The position numbers were made by a program, and so were the translations under genes. The notes below the pieces were generated by a model. That model ran no database searches and had not been told where the DNA came from. It worked only from the letters and a program-made list of their open reading frames with translations. This document shows positions 13,573-23,938 of a stretch of DNA of 64,000 nucleotides, one piece after another. This DNA is from Naegleria gruberi (Eukaryota): the NCBI GenBank assembly GCA_000004985.1, contig GG738883.1; one strand, 5' to 3'. Each line of letters begins with the position of its first letter. The first letter of the stretch is position 1.

Positions 13573-15666
13573 TTATCTAAGAATGTTTGTTGTTGAAGAG
13601 CCTAGTAAATTTTCCAAGAAGGTTAATCTTGTTTTGATTTTGTGTAGGAGAGCATCTGCATTCTTTGGCTTTTCTTTTTCAATTTGAGCTTGTAATCCTC
13701 TATAGTTTTCTGTCACGTTGATTATTAAATCCTTAGTTACAATTGAGTTTTCCAATGCAAAGTCCTTGGCATTAATGAGTAAAAGTTTCATGTCCAATGA
13801 TTCAGGATGTTCTGATTCCAATTCTTGTAGATAAGGAATGGCATCTGAAGCAGATTTTGTGACAGTTCGTCCAGCAAGGTAAAATGATGTGCTATTAACA
13901 ATGTATGGATCAAATTCACACAAATGTCTTATGGAGAATAGAATATTGAAGGTTTCGGCAGTGGCTGCATGATTTCTCAAGTAAAAATTAGCTCTCATTC
14001 TTAAGAAAATACTTTGAGTAATAAGGTTACTCGTAATTCTAGGAGGACAATTTGTGAAAATTTCCTGAAGAGAATTCAACTGCTCAATAATTGCTGCGGC
14101 TGATTCTTGAACCTTAGGAAGAGTGTCTCTGGATTTAGAGTAGTAATCAATGTGCAAACTATGAATTGAAGCAAGTCGTAATGCAATAGGCATGAATGAA
14201 TAAGAGCTGGTTTTCCTCACGGAATATCTCTTCAACATCTTTTCCAATAGATTGCACAAGTTAATGCATTGAGTTAAACTATCTTCAAGTTTTGTTTTCA
14301 CTTGATTTTTCGTAACATCCTTAGTTAATAAGAACTTAACTCTCTTTTCTAGTGTAATAATATTAAAATATGTAATGTATGGATTGTTAGGATCAGTTTT
14401 TTGTAATTCAAAAAGTTGAGATTTGGTAATCTCGATTGTTTTTTCGTTTTTTCCATCAGAGTTCAAAATTATTTGACATAAATTCATACAAGATTTCAAA
14501 TTAAGAGGAATTCCTGTTCCAATATCATCAAAGACATTGTTATTCAGATGAGCTTTTTGGAATAAGGCCTGAGCATTATTAAGCATTTTGAGAAGTACGG
14601 TTTTTTCAGTATTATTATCGGTGGTCATAAGTGGTTCATTGAGCATAATAGTGTAGCAATACCCAGAGAAAAGTTCCTTGCTCAGTGTTATATTAGGATG
14701 AACATTTTCATTAACAACATTTGTGAAAAATAATAGAAATGCCTTTTGAATTTCCAAATCAATAATTGATGATTTGGCGATCAAATCAGAATAATCACTG
14801 GTCAATATGGAATGAACTGCTTTTTTCAAATCCATTTGTTGAATTTCAGTACTTTTTTCCGGCATTCCAAATCGTTCTGGATTAATCTTTTGAATAATTT
14901 CATTTAACAATTTGCTAACTTCAATTTCTTTCAATTTCTCAATCCATTCGCTCCATTCCTTAGTTTTAAAAGCCCATCCCTGAAGTAAAGACTGAACAAA
15001 CACAAGAGAAAAATTCAACATTTCATCACACAGTACATTATTTCCAGGAGCCATAATTCTATTCAACAAGAAAACTCCAGCTTTTTCCTGCTCATTACTA
15101 GCCAATAATTCCCTCACATATTCCAAATCCTTTCCCAACTCACGTCTCGACTTTTCCAATTGATTTTTATCCACAGCTTCCTGTTGCAATTTCCTACTCT
15201 TTTTCAATTGTTCTTCAATTTGCAATTTCATTTGTTGAATATTAAGCAAATTTTCCTCATGACTAATTTCCTTCCTAACAAAAACTCCACTCGTACGAAG
15301 ATTAGATTTGGATTTGATAGAAGTACTAGTAGTAGTGGCATTGCTTGTATTAGATGTAATTGATGAAGTATTAGTAGTAATATTAGGCTTGCTTAAATTA
15401 TTATTTGGAGAAGAGTTTCTATGGGATTTGAATGTTTTTAAATCATCAGCGAATTTTAATTTCAATTCCGATGAGTGATAATGTCTCATTCCATCACCAT
15501 CACCAACATTAAATATTAAACTAGTATTATTACATTTAATATTATTATTACTACTATGCTGATGAATATTATTGCTATAATTTAATATATAATTCCGAAA
15601 ATATGTTGCTGATTTCCTTGGTAAACGATGTGAAAGACTTCTCGAGGAGGAAATGGAGAGTTTCAT
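13573..15666 (-). CDS. Hypothetical alpha-helical protein of 697 aa with no recognisable domain.
   Basis: The ORF is long and uninterrupted. It has a low-complexity Ser/Asn-rich N-terminus and a central coiled-coil-like segment (QQMKLQIEEQLKKSRKLQQEAVDKNQLEKSRRELGKDLEY). No motif I recognise. Confidence 0.6.
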   Translation of the reverse strand: MKLSISSSRSLSHRLPRKSATYFRNYILNYSNNIHQHSSNNNIKCNNTSLIFNVGDGDGMRHYHSSELKLKFADDLKTFKSHRNSSPNNNLSKPNITTNTSSITSNTSNATTTSTSIKSKSNLRTSGVFVRKEISHEENLLNIQQMKLQIEEQLKKSRKLQQEAVDKNQLEKSRRELGKDLEYVRELLASNEQEKAGVFLLNRIMAPGNNVLCDEMLNFSLVFVQSLLQGWAFKTKEWSEWIEKLKEIEVSKLLNEIIQKINPERFGMPEKSTEIQQMDLKKAVHSILTSDYSDLIAKSSIIDLEIQKAFLLFFTNVVNENVHPNITLSKELFSGYCYTIMLNEPLMTTDNNTEKTVLLKMLNNAQALFQKAHLNNNVFDDIGTGIPLNLKSCMNLCQIILNSDGKNEKTIEITKSQLFELQKTDPNNPYITYFNIITLEKRVKFLLTKDVTKNQVKTKLEDSLTQCINLCNLLEKMLKRYSVRKTSSYSFMPIALRLASIHSLHIDYYSKSRDTLPKVQESAAAIIEQLNSLQEIFTNCPPRITSNLITQSIFLRMRANFYLRNHAATAETFNILFSIRHLCEFDPYIVNSTSFYLAGRTVTKSASDAIPYLQELESEHPESLDMKLLLINAKDFALENSIVTKDLIINVTENYRGLQAQIEKEKPKNADALLHKIKTRLTFLENLLGSSTTNILR

Positions 15667-16006
15667 CTCTAGATTTTTTTTTTTAATTTCAACAAATTTA
15701 AATTTCTTTAATATTTAAAATTATTTTAATATTTAATATTAATGGTTGTTGTATAGAACAGAGAATGTTGGACAAGGTCATGGATAAATGCAATTCTTAA
15801 ATCACCAAATTTAATACTGAATTACCATATTTATACAGTGATTGTCTTTGCATGGATTTGATTTGTCAGTCTCACCTAATAACCAAAGGCAATTACAAGA
15901 CATTAAAGTTGTTACAATTAAAAACATCATAAAAAAAGTATCTACAAGGCATCACAAGCCATACAATCATTTCGAATACTTTTCTAAAAGAATAATTTAC
16001 TTTCGG

Positions 16007-17677
16007 ATGGGAAATACACATCATCAGGGACTTGAAGAGGGTCATCATCACCGAAAATCACAACGTTCCTCTGATAATTCACCACTTTCCACTCATCAAA
16101 ATCCTTTCCATCATCGACACAGCACCAAAAGCAATCATTCGAATTATGAACAACAATTAGATACTGCCATAACACAATTAACCAATAATAATGGAACTCT
16201 GGATGAAAATAATCATCATCATTACCAACCTAATCATCAATTGGATGGTGAAATTCTTGTTGGTCTTCCAAATATAACTGCCTTTTCAGGAAAAGATGCA
16301 CTAGTGGTGGAAAATTCACTTGAAAAATTCAAAATCCTATTGTGTGGAAGTGGATCAAGTGGAAAAACCACATTTCTCAAAAGTATTGAATTGTACAAGA
16401 AGGGAGCATTTATGGAATCAGCTTACAAGAAGGGAATTATCTATTTTAATATTATTAGAGATTTGGGATTGATGTGTAAACAGTATTTGAGTGTGGCTAC
16501 AGAGTTTTTGAATTTCATTTCAGGTTTGAATGAGGAAAATTATGGAAAATCATTGAGTGATTTGAATGAAATGTTTCCTAGAGAATTGCCACGTGAAATT
16601 ACAGATTCGATGGATAGATTGATTAAGGTTGCGAGCTCAAAGAATTTTCTACATAGTTCAGCAAGTAGATCATCTTCAAAACAGTATAATCCTACATTTG
16701 ATACTTATTTTAATGAGCAAACATTTGAGGATATTGAATCATTGTGGAAATATAGACCTTTCAACTTATTTGCTCATTTTCACTTGACACATTCAAGTAT
16801 TCCAGAATTTTTGACACCTGTTTTAACTAAAATGGACACAATTCCAAACATTACGTTTGGAGAGAATGAATCCACTAATTATTCCAAGTTTATGCTCTCA
16901 TTGAGGAATAGTGATTTTGATGATTTAATTTACTTTTTAGATCGTAGACTCAATGAATTATATCCTCCTTATCAGTATGACCCCAATTGGGTTGATCTCT
17001 TACATAGAAGACAAAAAACAGTTGGATTTTATCATTTAAACTATGTGGAAGATGCCATTTCAGAGGAGGGCATGAGAGAAACGAGAAATTACATTTTTAT
17101 TGATACAGCTGGTCAAAGGTCAGAAAGAAAGAAGTGGTCAATCTGTTATCCAAACACATTTACACTCTTTTACTTTGTTTCATTGGCTGATATTAATTTA
17201 ACATTGTATGAATCGAATGTGGAGAATAGATTGTTGGATTCTTTGCATTTGTTTGAGCATGTTTGTCAGGAACCAGATCTCATTCAAACTCCAATTGTTC
17301 TCTTCTTTACAAAAACAGATATTCTCAAGAGGAAGATTAAAAATGGATTGAAACCTATTGAGCTATTTGAAAAGATTGAAAAGCTCTACTCACAACGATA
17401 TGAAGCAGCAACCATTGTTGACATGCCACCATCATCTGCAACTAATGATACTGAGAAGAATTCCGAACTTTCTCTCAATATTTCGTCTGGAAATCAAGCG
17501 AATCAAGTCGATGCTGAATTCAACCAATTCATTGAATATATTTCAGCCAAATTCAAGGAAAAACTGTTACCAACACAAACAATCACCATTTACACTCTCG
17601 ACTGCACTGAACCTACTCAATTCAAAACAACATTCAAGGAAATCATGCAAATGTTAAATAAAACTATCAAGGACTAA
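16007..17677 (+). CDS. Divergent heterotrimeric G-protein alpha subunit of about 556 aa.
   Basis: G1 is LLCGSGSSGKTT, G3 is FIDTAGQRSERKKW, G4 is FFTKTD (NKxD-like) and G5-like is TLDCTEP. A long His-rich N-terminal region precedes the GTPase core. Track ORF 15842 begins at a TTG; the first in-frame ATG is at 16007 (MGNTHHQ). Confidence 0.8.
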   Translation: MGNTHHQGLEEGHHHRKSQRSSDNSPLSTHQNPFHHRHSTKSNHSNYEQQLDTAITQLTNNNGTLDENNHHHYQPNHQLDGEILVGLPNITAFSGKDALVVENSLEKFKILLCGSGSSGKTTFLKSIELYKKGAFMESAYKKGIIYFNIIRDLGLMCKQYLSVATEFLNFISGLNEENYGKSLSDLNEMFPRELPREITDSMDRLIKVASSKNFLHSSASRSSSKQYNPTFDTYFNEQTFEDIESLWKYRPFNLFAHFHLTHSSIPEFLTPVLTKMDTIPNITFGENESTNYSKFMLSLRNSDFDDLIYFLDRRLNELYPPYQYDPNWVDLLHRRQKTVGFYHLNYVEDAISEEGMRETRNYIFIDTAGQRSERKKWSICYPNTFTLFYFVSLADINLTLYESNVENRLLDSLHLFEHVCQEPDLIQTPIVLFFTKTDILKRKIKNGLKPIELFEKIEKLYSQRYEAATIVDMPPSSATNDTEKNSELSLNISSGNQANQVDAEFNQFIEYISAKFKEKLLPTQTITIYTLDCTEPTQFKTTFKEIMQMLNKTIKD

Positions 17678-17678
17678 T

Positions 17679-18179
17679 TTATTCGTCATCATCTTCATCA
17701 CTTTCTTCCTCTTCAGAATCGGAGAAAGCTACTCTATTAGGATTTCCTTGAAACATTTCATCTTCCTCTTCATCATCAATATCCAAAACTTGTTGTTTAT
17801 CTTCTGTTGTTGTATTGTTATCATTATCAAATTCAGCTGGCCATTTTCCTTGTTTCTTCAATTCCTTTACTTGTTGAGCAACCAAAATATGATCAACAAA
17901 TCCTTTAATTTTACCCTTGTTCTGTTCGGAAAGATCAGTGCTAATAATCACAAAATCACCCTTCTTTACCCAAAGTAATTTATTAAACTTGGTCGGAAGG
18001 ATAACAAGTATTCTTTCTCTTGTTCCTGGATATTCTACTTCAATTTGGTTGGTTCCTCTTGTTGCGACAATTCTCACGATAGATTGACTATCAGTAATTT
18101 CTGGTGCTTCATCAAATAACGTATTTTGAATATTCTTTCTTACTCTACTCATCTTTTCATTTTTTTTATTCAATTTCAA
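17679..18179 (-). CDS. EIF1AD: EIF1AD-like S1/OB-fold RNA-binding protein (probable RNA-binding protein EIF1AD homolog).
   Basis: The segment IVRIVATRGTNQIEVEYPGTRERILVILPTKFNKLLWVKKGDFVIISTD...DHILVAQQVKELKKQGKWPAEF is collinear with human EIF1AD (RKNIWIKRGDFLIVDP...[21 protein letters not shown]). The acidic, Ser-rich C-terminal tail is also typical. Confidence 0.8.
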   Translation of the reverse strand: MKLNKKNEKMSRVRKNIQNTLFDEAPEITDSQSIVRIVATRGTNQIEVEYPGTRERILVILPTKFNKLLWVKKGDFVIISTDLSEQNKGKIKGFVDHILVAQQVKELKKQGKWPAEFDNDNNTTTEDKQQVLDIDDEEEDEMFQGNPNRVAFSDSEEEESDEDDDE

Positions 18180-18793
18180 AATTTCATCAAACTTTTCATC
18201 ACGGAATTGAATTTTAATAATTTAATTTAAATGATGAAGATAAATTGTGATATTGAAGATTAGATAGAGGTTTAAATGATCGGATAATATGATTGGGAAC
18301 ACACAGCAATGATGATGTTAGAGTCTGCAGATTCTTGTGTCAAGGAGTGTCAACATACACTCATAGCACAAGGAGTTTCTTTCTTCTTGACAATTTACAA
18401 TGACCAAACTACAGTTAATACTCTTGAATTGTTTGAACAAAACTATGTATTTTGTTTGCCATGTACTAATTGTTTAACTTTAAAAGAGTAAATAGCTCAG
18501 TTGACCACCCAAAATCACCAATAAATTTCGCTTTTCGCAAACTTTGAACCAACTCGAAATCCATAAAAATAAAGGTAAATTTTTGGGCGGGAGGAGTTCA
18601 ACTTACCAATTAGTCAATTCATCCAAAGTTGTGTGAACCAGGTCCTCAAGATTTTGTAATCCAAAACTATGAAGTTTTCTGATTGGATCTTCTTGGAATA
18701 GAGTTTGTTTTTAATGCGTGTTTGCATTGCAAAAAACGTACAAATAGTTTGTGTAGTTTTGTGTTCAGAGATTTCGATGACAAAAAAAACAAA

Positions 18794-20299
18794 ATGAAAC
18801 AACAAGTTTTATTAATGATGATTGGCATGTTTCTCATATTGAGTGCTGCTATTATTTCAGAAAGTTATGCCAAGATTAGTTTGGTTTCTGATATCAAGAC
18901 TAATCCTACTTCACCTGCCTGGCCACAAACTCTTCACGATGAATATCTTTCCAATAGAGTTCCATTCAATTATGCTCACAATAATTGGTATCAAACTATC
19001 AAAGTTTCCAACATGACTCTTTTCACACCAAAGGGAATGATTGACTCTTTCGCTGACCAAATGAAATTCATCTTACAAAGTCAACTCGACAATTCCCAAT
19101 TCTATCTTTCTCAAGTTGATTTAATGAGTGGTGCCATCCAATTGAGTGGATTGAAACCAAAGAATTTAATTCCAAAGAATTTACATTTGCCTTCATATTT
19201 CTTTGCAAGTGGTTCGATGGTTGGTGATAAGAATGGAAATATGTTCATGTTTGCTACCAATGATACTCTCCATTATGGAAGTACTTACAATTACTTGTTG
19301 GTTGTTCAAGCTAAGGAAAAGACAATTCAAGCTATTGCACTTTCTAATTTTGGTAATGTTATGGATTTTTACAAATTAGGAGGTTTACTAATTGATGAAG
19401 TTAATAATCATTTGATCATTTCTTCCAGTACTCACCTTATGGCAGTTGACTTGGAAACATTTACTATCAAATGGAAACAACAACTTCGTGTTTTCAAATC
19501 TCAAGCCGTTGCCGTAACTGGAAATATCATTTCCATCAATAACAATAATGGAAATGTAATCTTGTTTGTTGCAACTGTCAACTCAATCTTTAAAATTCAT
19601 TCACAGGATGGTTTGGTTCTTGCAATTACTCATTTAAATCAACCAGAATTTGAAAATGGTGAAGCAGGAATTGGCTCTATCACTTCATTAGATGGCATGG
19701 ACTTGTTGGCAGTTGTCATGAATGGTGAGGCTTCATATTCTTCATCTGTTTACTTTGTTAATATGGAAAATCAACAATATTCTCTTTCAATGATTCAAGA
19801 ATCGAATACTAGATATTTGGCTTATTCTTGCTTCTCTCCAACTAGTTTCACTCATCAAGACAGGTCAACTAATGGTGTTGAAATGGTTAGAGTAACATTT
19901 GCTTGTCAATCATCATGGTTTTCAACTAAGAATTCATTGGTTTTGGTTAGTGCCACAGCAAATGTAACTTCTGATTTTATGGGATCAAAGTTTACCACTC
20001 CTTCTATTGATTACTACTCTGAATTGGTTTCTAATACTAATATGAATCATTTTTGGATTGGTGCTGCAAGCGATAAGAGAGATTTAATTTCCTATTTCGA
20101 TATCAAAACACATGCATTAATTGCTTCCAATATTCAAGATAAGATTCGTCAAGTCGTTCATATGGATCTTTCATATGCTGCTGAATTGTGGGATAGTAGC
20201 TCAATTTGTCATTCCTTTACTGCTTCCAATGATAGATTGTATTCTTGCTGTCTTGTTAAAGATCAATTAGTGTGCAGATCAGTACAATATTTGAACTAA
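18794..20299 (+). CDS. Hypothetical secreted protein of about 501 aa.
   Basis: The A-rich start context is AAAAAAAACAAAATG. The signal peptide is MKQQVLLMMIGMFLILSAAIISESYA. The C-terminus is Cys-containing (YSCCLVKDQLVCRS). No domain I recognise. The track ORF start 18683 lies upstream of the likely ATG. Confidence 0.6.
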   Translation: MKQQVLLMMIGMFLILSAAIISESYAKISLVSDIKTNPTSPAWPQTLHDEYLSNRVPFNYAHNNWYQTIKVSNMTLFTPKGMIDSFADQMKFILQSQLDNSQFYLSQVDLMSGAIQLSGLKPKNLIPKNLHLPSYFFASGSMVGDKNGNMFMFATNDTLHYGSTYNYLLVVQAKEKTIQAIALSNFGNVMDFYKLGGLLIDEVNNHLIISSSTHLMAVDLETFTIKWKQQLRVFKSQAVAVTGNIISINNNNGNVILFVATVNSIFKIHSQDGLVLAITHLNQPEFENGEAGIGSITSLDGMDLLAVVMNGEASYSSSVYFVNMENQQYSLSMIQESNTRYLAYSCFSPTSFTHQDRSTNGVEMVRVTFACQSSWFSTKNSLVLVSATANVTSDFMGSKFTTPSIDYYSELVSNTNMNHFWIGAASDKRDLISYFDIKTHALIASNIQDKIRQVVHMDLSYAAELWDSSSICHSFTASNDRLYSCCLVKDQLVCRSVQYLN

Positions 20300-20343
20300 A
20301 GCTTACTCTCAATAAACTTATCAACTTTTGAAGAAGATCATCT

Positions 20344-20838
20344 TTATTTAAAATTTACATTGCCTTGCTTTACATCTGATGATCTTCCATCCACTTGGCC
20401 ACTCTTGGTAACCAAAACATCGCCACTTTTTACAGAGCTACTGTTTTGATTGACTGTTCCATCATAGTTTAACAAAAGAGAGCCATCTCTAACATCAGAA
20501 CTTCTCTTGTCCACATTTGTTTCAATCAAATCATCTCTTGTTTGTCCCAATGCTCCAGCAGAGGAATAGTCATAAGGGTAATTTTGATTCTTGTCATATC
20601 TATTCTGTTTTGCTTGAAGAGCTTGAAGGTTTTTTGAATCATAGGTTCCTCCTGCAGCCAATGGCTTGGCATGATCAACATCCCAACCCATGGGAGAGAT
20701 CATGCCATAGGAGGGTCCATACAAGACGTTTCCAACCGCGTCCTCTCGGTAGAGGTTTGGATCTTTAGTTGGAATTGTGGATCCTTTTTCCCAAGCATTT
20801 TCTTTCTCAGCATCAGTAAAGTTACGTCTTTCTGTCAT
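20344..20838 (-). CDS. HNH/His-Me-finger nuclease-like domain protein of 164 aa with a C-terminal SSDV-type repeat tail.
   Basis: FTDAEKENAWEKG...GWDVDHAKPLAAGGTYDSKNLQALQAKQNRYDKNQ matches the HNH core. The core consensus is W...G-x-C-x-C, then DHIxPxSxGG, then NLQxLCxxCNxxKG. Here the zinc-ligand Cys positions are replaced (A/Q), while the catalytic His of DH and the Asn are retained. The C-terminus has RSSDV/KSGDV/RSSDV short repeats. Confidence 0.6.
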   Translation of the reverse strand: MTERRNFTDAEKENAWEKGSTIPTKDPNLYREDAVGNVLYGPSYGMISPMGWDVDHAKPLAAGGTYDSKNLQALQAKQNRYDKNQNYPYDYSSAGALGQTRDDLIETNVDKRSSDVRDGSLLLNYDGTVNQNSSSVKSGDVLVTKSGQVDGRSSDVKQGNVNFK

Positions 20839-21267
20839 TTTTTGTTTTTAAGGTGAATGAAATTGCATTGACCTTTTTGTAGAGTTATCGTTTACTAATT
20901 CCCAACCCAAAACTGATACAATCCATACCAGGAAATTGCCAGTTGAGGATTAGCTTTAATAGAAATTGTTTGAATTGAGTAAAACTCGATATTTAGTATT
21001 GAAGTGACATTTCCCAAGTTCAATCTATAATTGTCATAATTGTTCTGTTTGGATTATCATCTAAGTTTCATCACAACAAGCAAAGCTATCAAATTATTCA
21101 AAAATCAAAAGACAACATCTCAACCAAACAAAGAGCTGCATTCTGCAAGACAATAGTGATGATAATGGAATTGAGGAATACTCTAGAATACTATTGATAG
21201 AATCACAATATCCTCACATTAGACAAAACACATCATACATTTTGAGTACCTTGTCACAAGTAATAGT

Positions 21268-22248
21268 TCAATAGTACACCTGTCTATTACTTTCATCCCA
21301 CATATATGGTTTTAATAACTGTTCTGCCTTGTCTGGAAACTCTATAAACTCTTCTTTGAAATTTTCGTAATTAGAAAATAATTCAGAATTGAGAGCGTGT
21401 AGAATATCGAATGTAATTGAGATATTGAGGTCAAGCATTCCAGATTCAGTTAGCAATATTGGACAATTTGTTATTTTGGAAACAGTATCCATACGTTTTC
21501 CATAGCAAAAACCATAAAACAAACACCATCTCCATGGTACTTCTAACATGCGATTCGAATCCCTCATTAAAAGCTCCATAGTTGTTAAACAGATTTCAAA
21601 AGTATAATGAAATTTGCTTGGATTGACTAAATCTCTCTTTTTCGAATTGTTAAATAGTGGAACCCTTACATCCTTTACTCCATAATAGGTTAAAACTTTA
21701 ACATGAGGAAAATTGGTTGCGAGTAATTTCTTGTACCTTTCTATTTGAGAAACTAAAACCACAACCAGAATAGGTTGAGAATTATTACTCTCCATTAAAT
21801 AGTTAATCATTGAGAGTATAATTTCATCTCGATCAGCATGACATCTCAAATATGAATTAGCCTTTTTGTGATATTGATCAATTAACCATTCAGTAATTAA
21901 ATCAACTTCCTTTTTTTCTGAATTAATTATTTTCTTCTTGGTTTTCAAATATGAACCACGATATTGAATCGGAATTGTTATTTCTTCCGAGGAGGTGGTT
22001 GAACATTGTCTTTTAATAACTTGCTGAATATTCATAACGTATTCTTCAATTTTATGATCGGAATCAAGGCTTTCATTTAAATATTCCCAACTCTTTGATT
22101 TATCATCCCATTCAATATAATATACCAGTGATTGTTTAGAATTATCCTCATCATCCATAATAATACCATGATCTAATATTTTGAAAATCTTCCTTCCTCC
22201 ATTTAACGACATTTTTTTCAAACTTGGAAAATTGAAAAATTGTAACAA
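21268..22248 (-). CDS. Chromodomain protein carrying a degenerate, truncated SNF2-family ATPase N-lobe. A CHD-like remnant of 326 aa.
   Basis: The chromo-like segment is LVYYIEWDDKSKSWEYLNESL. It is followed by SNF2_N-like motifs (PILVVVLVSQIERYKKLLATNFPHVKVLTYYG; YTFEICLTTMELLMRDSNRMLEVPWRWCLF). The DEAH box is replaced by YGFCYG. The ORF ends before the helicase C-lobe. Confidence 0.55.
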   Translation of the reverse strand: MLQFFNFPSLKKMSLNGGRKIFKILDHGIIMDDEDNSKQSLVYYIEWDDKSKSWEYLNESLDSDHKIEEYVMNIQQVIKRQCSTTSSEEITIPIQYRGSYLKTKKKIINSEKKEVDLITEWLIDQYHKKANSYLRCHADRDEIILSMINYLMESNNSQPILVVVLVSQIERYKKLLATNFPHVKVLTYYGVKDVRVPLFNNSKKRDLVNPSKFHYTFEICLTTMELLMRDSNRMLEVPWRWCLFYGFCYGKRMDTVSKITNCPILLTESGMLDLNISITFDILHALNSELFSNYENFKEEFIEFPDKAEQLLKPYMWDESNRQVYY

Positions 22249-22411
22249 ATAAAATCAATGAAATTACATGTGTTTCATAGTGAAATACTGTTCCTGGAGT
22301 AATGCATGGAACAATTTAATACACTCTAATCCATGTAACCTTCCAACCCTTTACAACTTCCACCTATGTTCCGACTATTCCACTCAGCGAATCAAAAAAC
22401 AATCAAAAAAA

Positions 22412-23398
22412 ATGCAACCAAATCATTATGGGGGTTACCCTGCTGGTGGTCATCAACAGCAACCAATGATGATGTACGGAAATAATACTCAAAACCTTTC
22501 TTTATCATCGGGAGGTGTTACTCTTACGATGAGTGGTAATAATAATACACCAGGGATTGTTGGTGGAGTTCCAATTATGTATCAACAACAAATGATGATG
22601 AGTCCACTTCTTCCGTATAATTTGAAAGGAGAAGTTGTGATCAAGCTTCAAAATCCATTTTCAATTAAATTGTTACCAAAATCTAATACTTTGGTGATGG
22701 TTGATGGAAATATAGGTCGTGTTGTGATGAAGGATGCAACTACTGGTATTATTAAAGAAGATTTCTCAGTTACATCTGGATGTGTTAAAGGAATTGGGGT
22801 TGATCCAACAGATGATAGTTTTTATATAATTTCAGGAAAATTCTTGATAAAATATGATTATCGTGGAGTTTATCTTGGAAAATTTGCAAAGAAAATGAAT
22901 TTGAACAATCCATATGGTTGTACTGTTGATGATACTGGAAATGTCTATATCACAGATTTGAATGATTGTAAAATTGTTGTTCTCTCACGTGAAGAGCAAC
23001 TTGTAAATAAGATTGAATTTAACAAACCATACGATATAGTATTTGATAATGTGAATAAGCTCCTAATTGTGACAGATCAACAAAAGGATTGTGTTAGAAT
23101 TTTAGCAAAGAGTGGTCAAGAAATTAGAAAGATTGGAGACAAGGGTAACGCCAAAGGTCAATTCAGTTCACCAAGTGGTGTTTGTGTGGATGGAAATTCT
23201 CAAATTTTCGTAGCAGATTATGGAAATCATCGTGTACAAATGTTTGACATTAATGGAAGATTTTTAAATTCATTTGGAACAAAGGGCAATACAGATTCAC
23301 ATTTTGATTTACCAAGATCTCTATGTGTGGATATGAATGGAAATTTATATGTAGCAGAGTATGGTAATTCACGTGTACAAGTATTCAAAAAGTTGTAA
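22412..23398 (+). CDS. NHL-repeat (six-bladed beta-propeller) protein of about 328 aa.
   Basis: The start context is AAAAAAAATG. The N-terminus is Gln/Met-rich. Repeated NHL signatures are GQFSSPSGVCVDGNSQIFVADYGNHRVQMFD and LPRSLCVDMNGNLYVAEYGNSRVQVF. Confidence 0.85.
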   Translation: MQPNHYGGYPAGGHQQQPMMMYGNNTQNLSLSSGGVTLTMSGNNNTPGIVGGVPIMYQQQMMMSPLLPYNLKGEVVIKLQNPFSIKLLPKSNTLVMVDGNIGRVVMKDATTGIIKEDFSVTSGCVKGIGVDPTDDSFYIISGKFLIKYDYRGVYLGKFAKKMNLNNPYGCTVDDTGNVYITDLNDCKIVVLSREEQLVNKIEFNKPYDIVFDNVNKLLIVTDQQKDCVRILAKSGQEIRKIGDKGNAKGQFSSPSGVCVDGNSQIFVADYGNHRVQMFDINGRFLNSFGTKGNTDSHFDLPRSLCVDMNGNLYVAEYGNSRVQVFKKL

Positions 23399-23757
23399 TT
23401 AAGATTAAACGATTTTTCTCCATATTGAATATTTCATTACATACAAGAGAGAAGTGTTGTGGAATAGTAGTAGTAATTCATACAACCAACAGAAAAGAGC
23501 GCTTAACTCTGTAACAAACATCAATTCCACAACATATCAGTTCTCAATAATGTGTTACACACATTTTCAATATTGGAAATGATCTGTGTCCAACCAATAA
23601 AATCATATCAACATCTCAAAAATCTTTGAAAATCACCAACACAATGCAAGCTTAATAAATTGTTACACACAACACCAAACTACACTGAACACTCAATGAA
23701 CATTCTCCAATTTCCAAAACATTTAAATAGATCTTTGTAAATTACAATTTTTAAAAA

Positions 23758-23907
23758 ATGTATCAACAACAACAACCTTATTATCATCCATCACAACAAC
23801 AACGACAACAACCGAATTTACCCATCGGATCAGTATCACACCAGCAAATAACTGTACAGAATAATTTTCAACCAAACATGTATCCTCCACATCCTCAACA
23901 ACAATAT

Positions 23908-23938
<31 letters not shown>

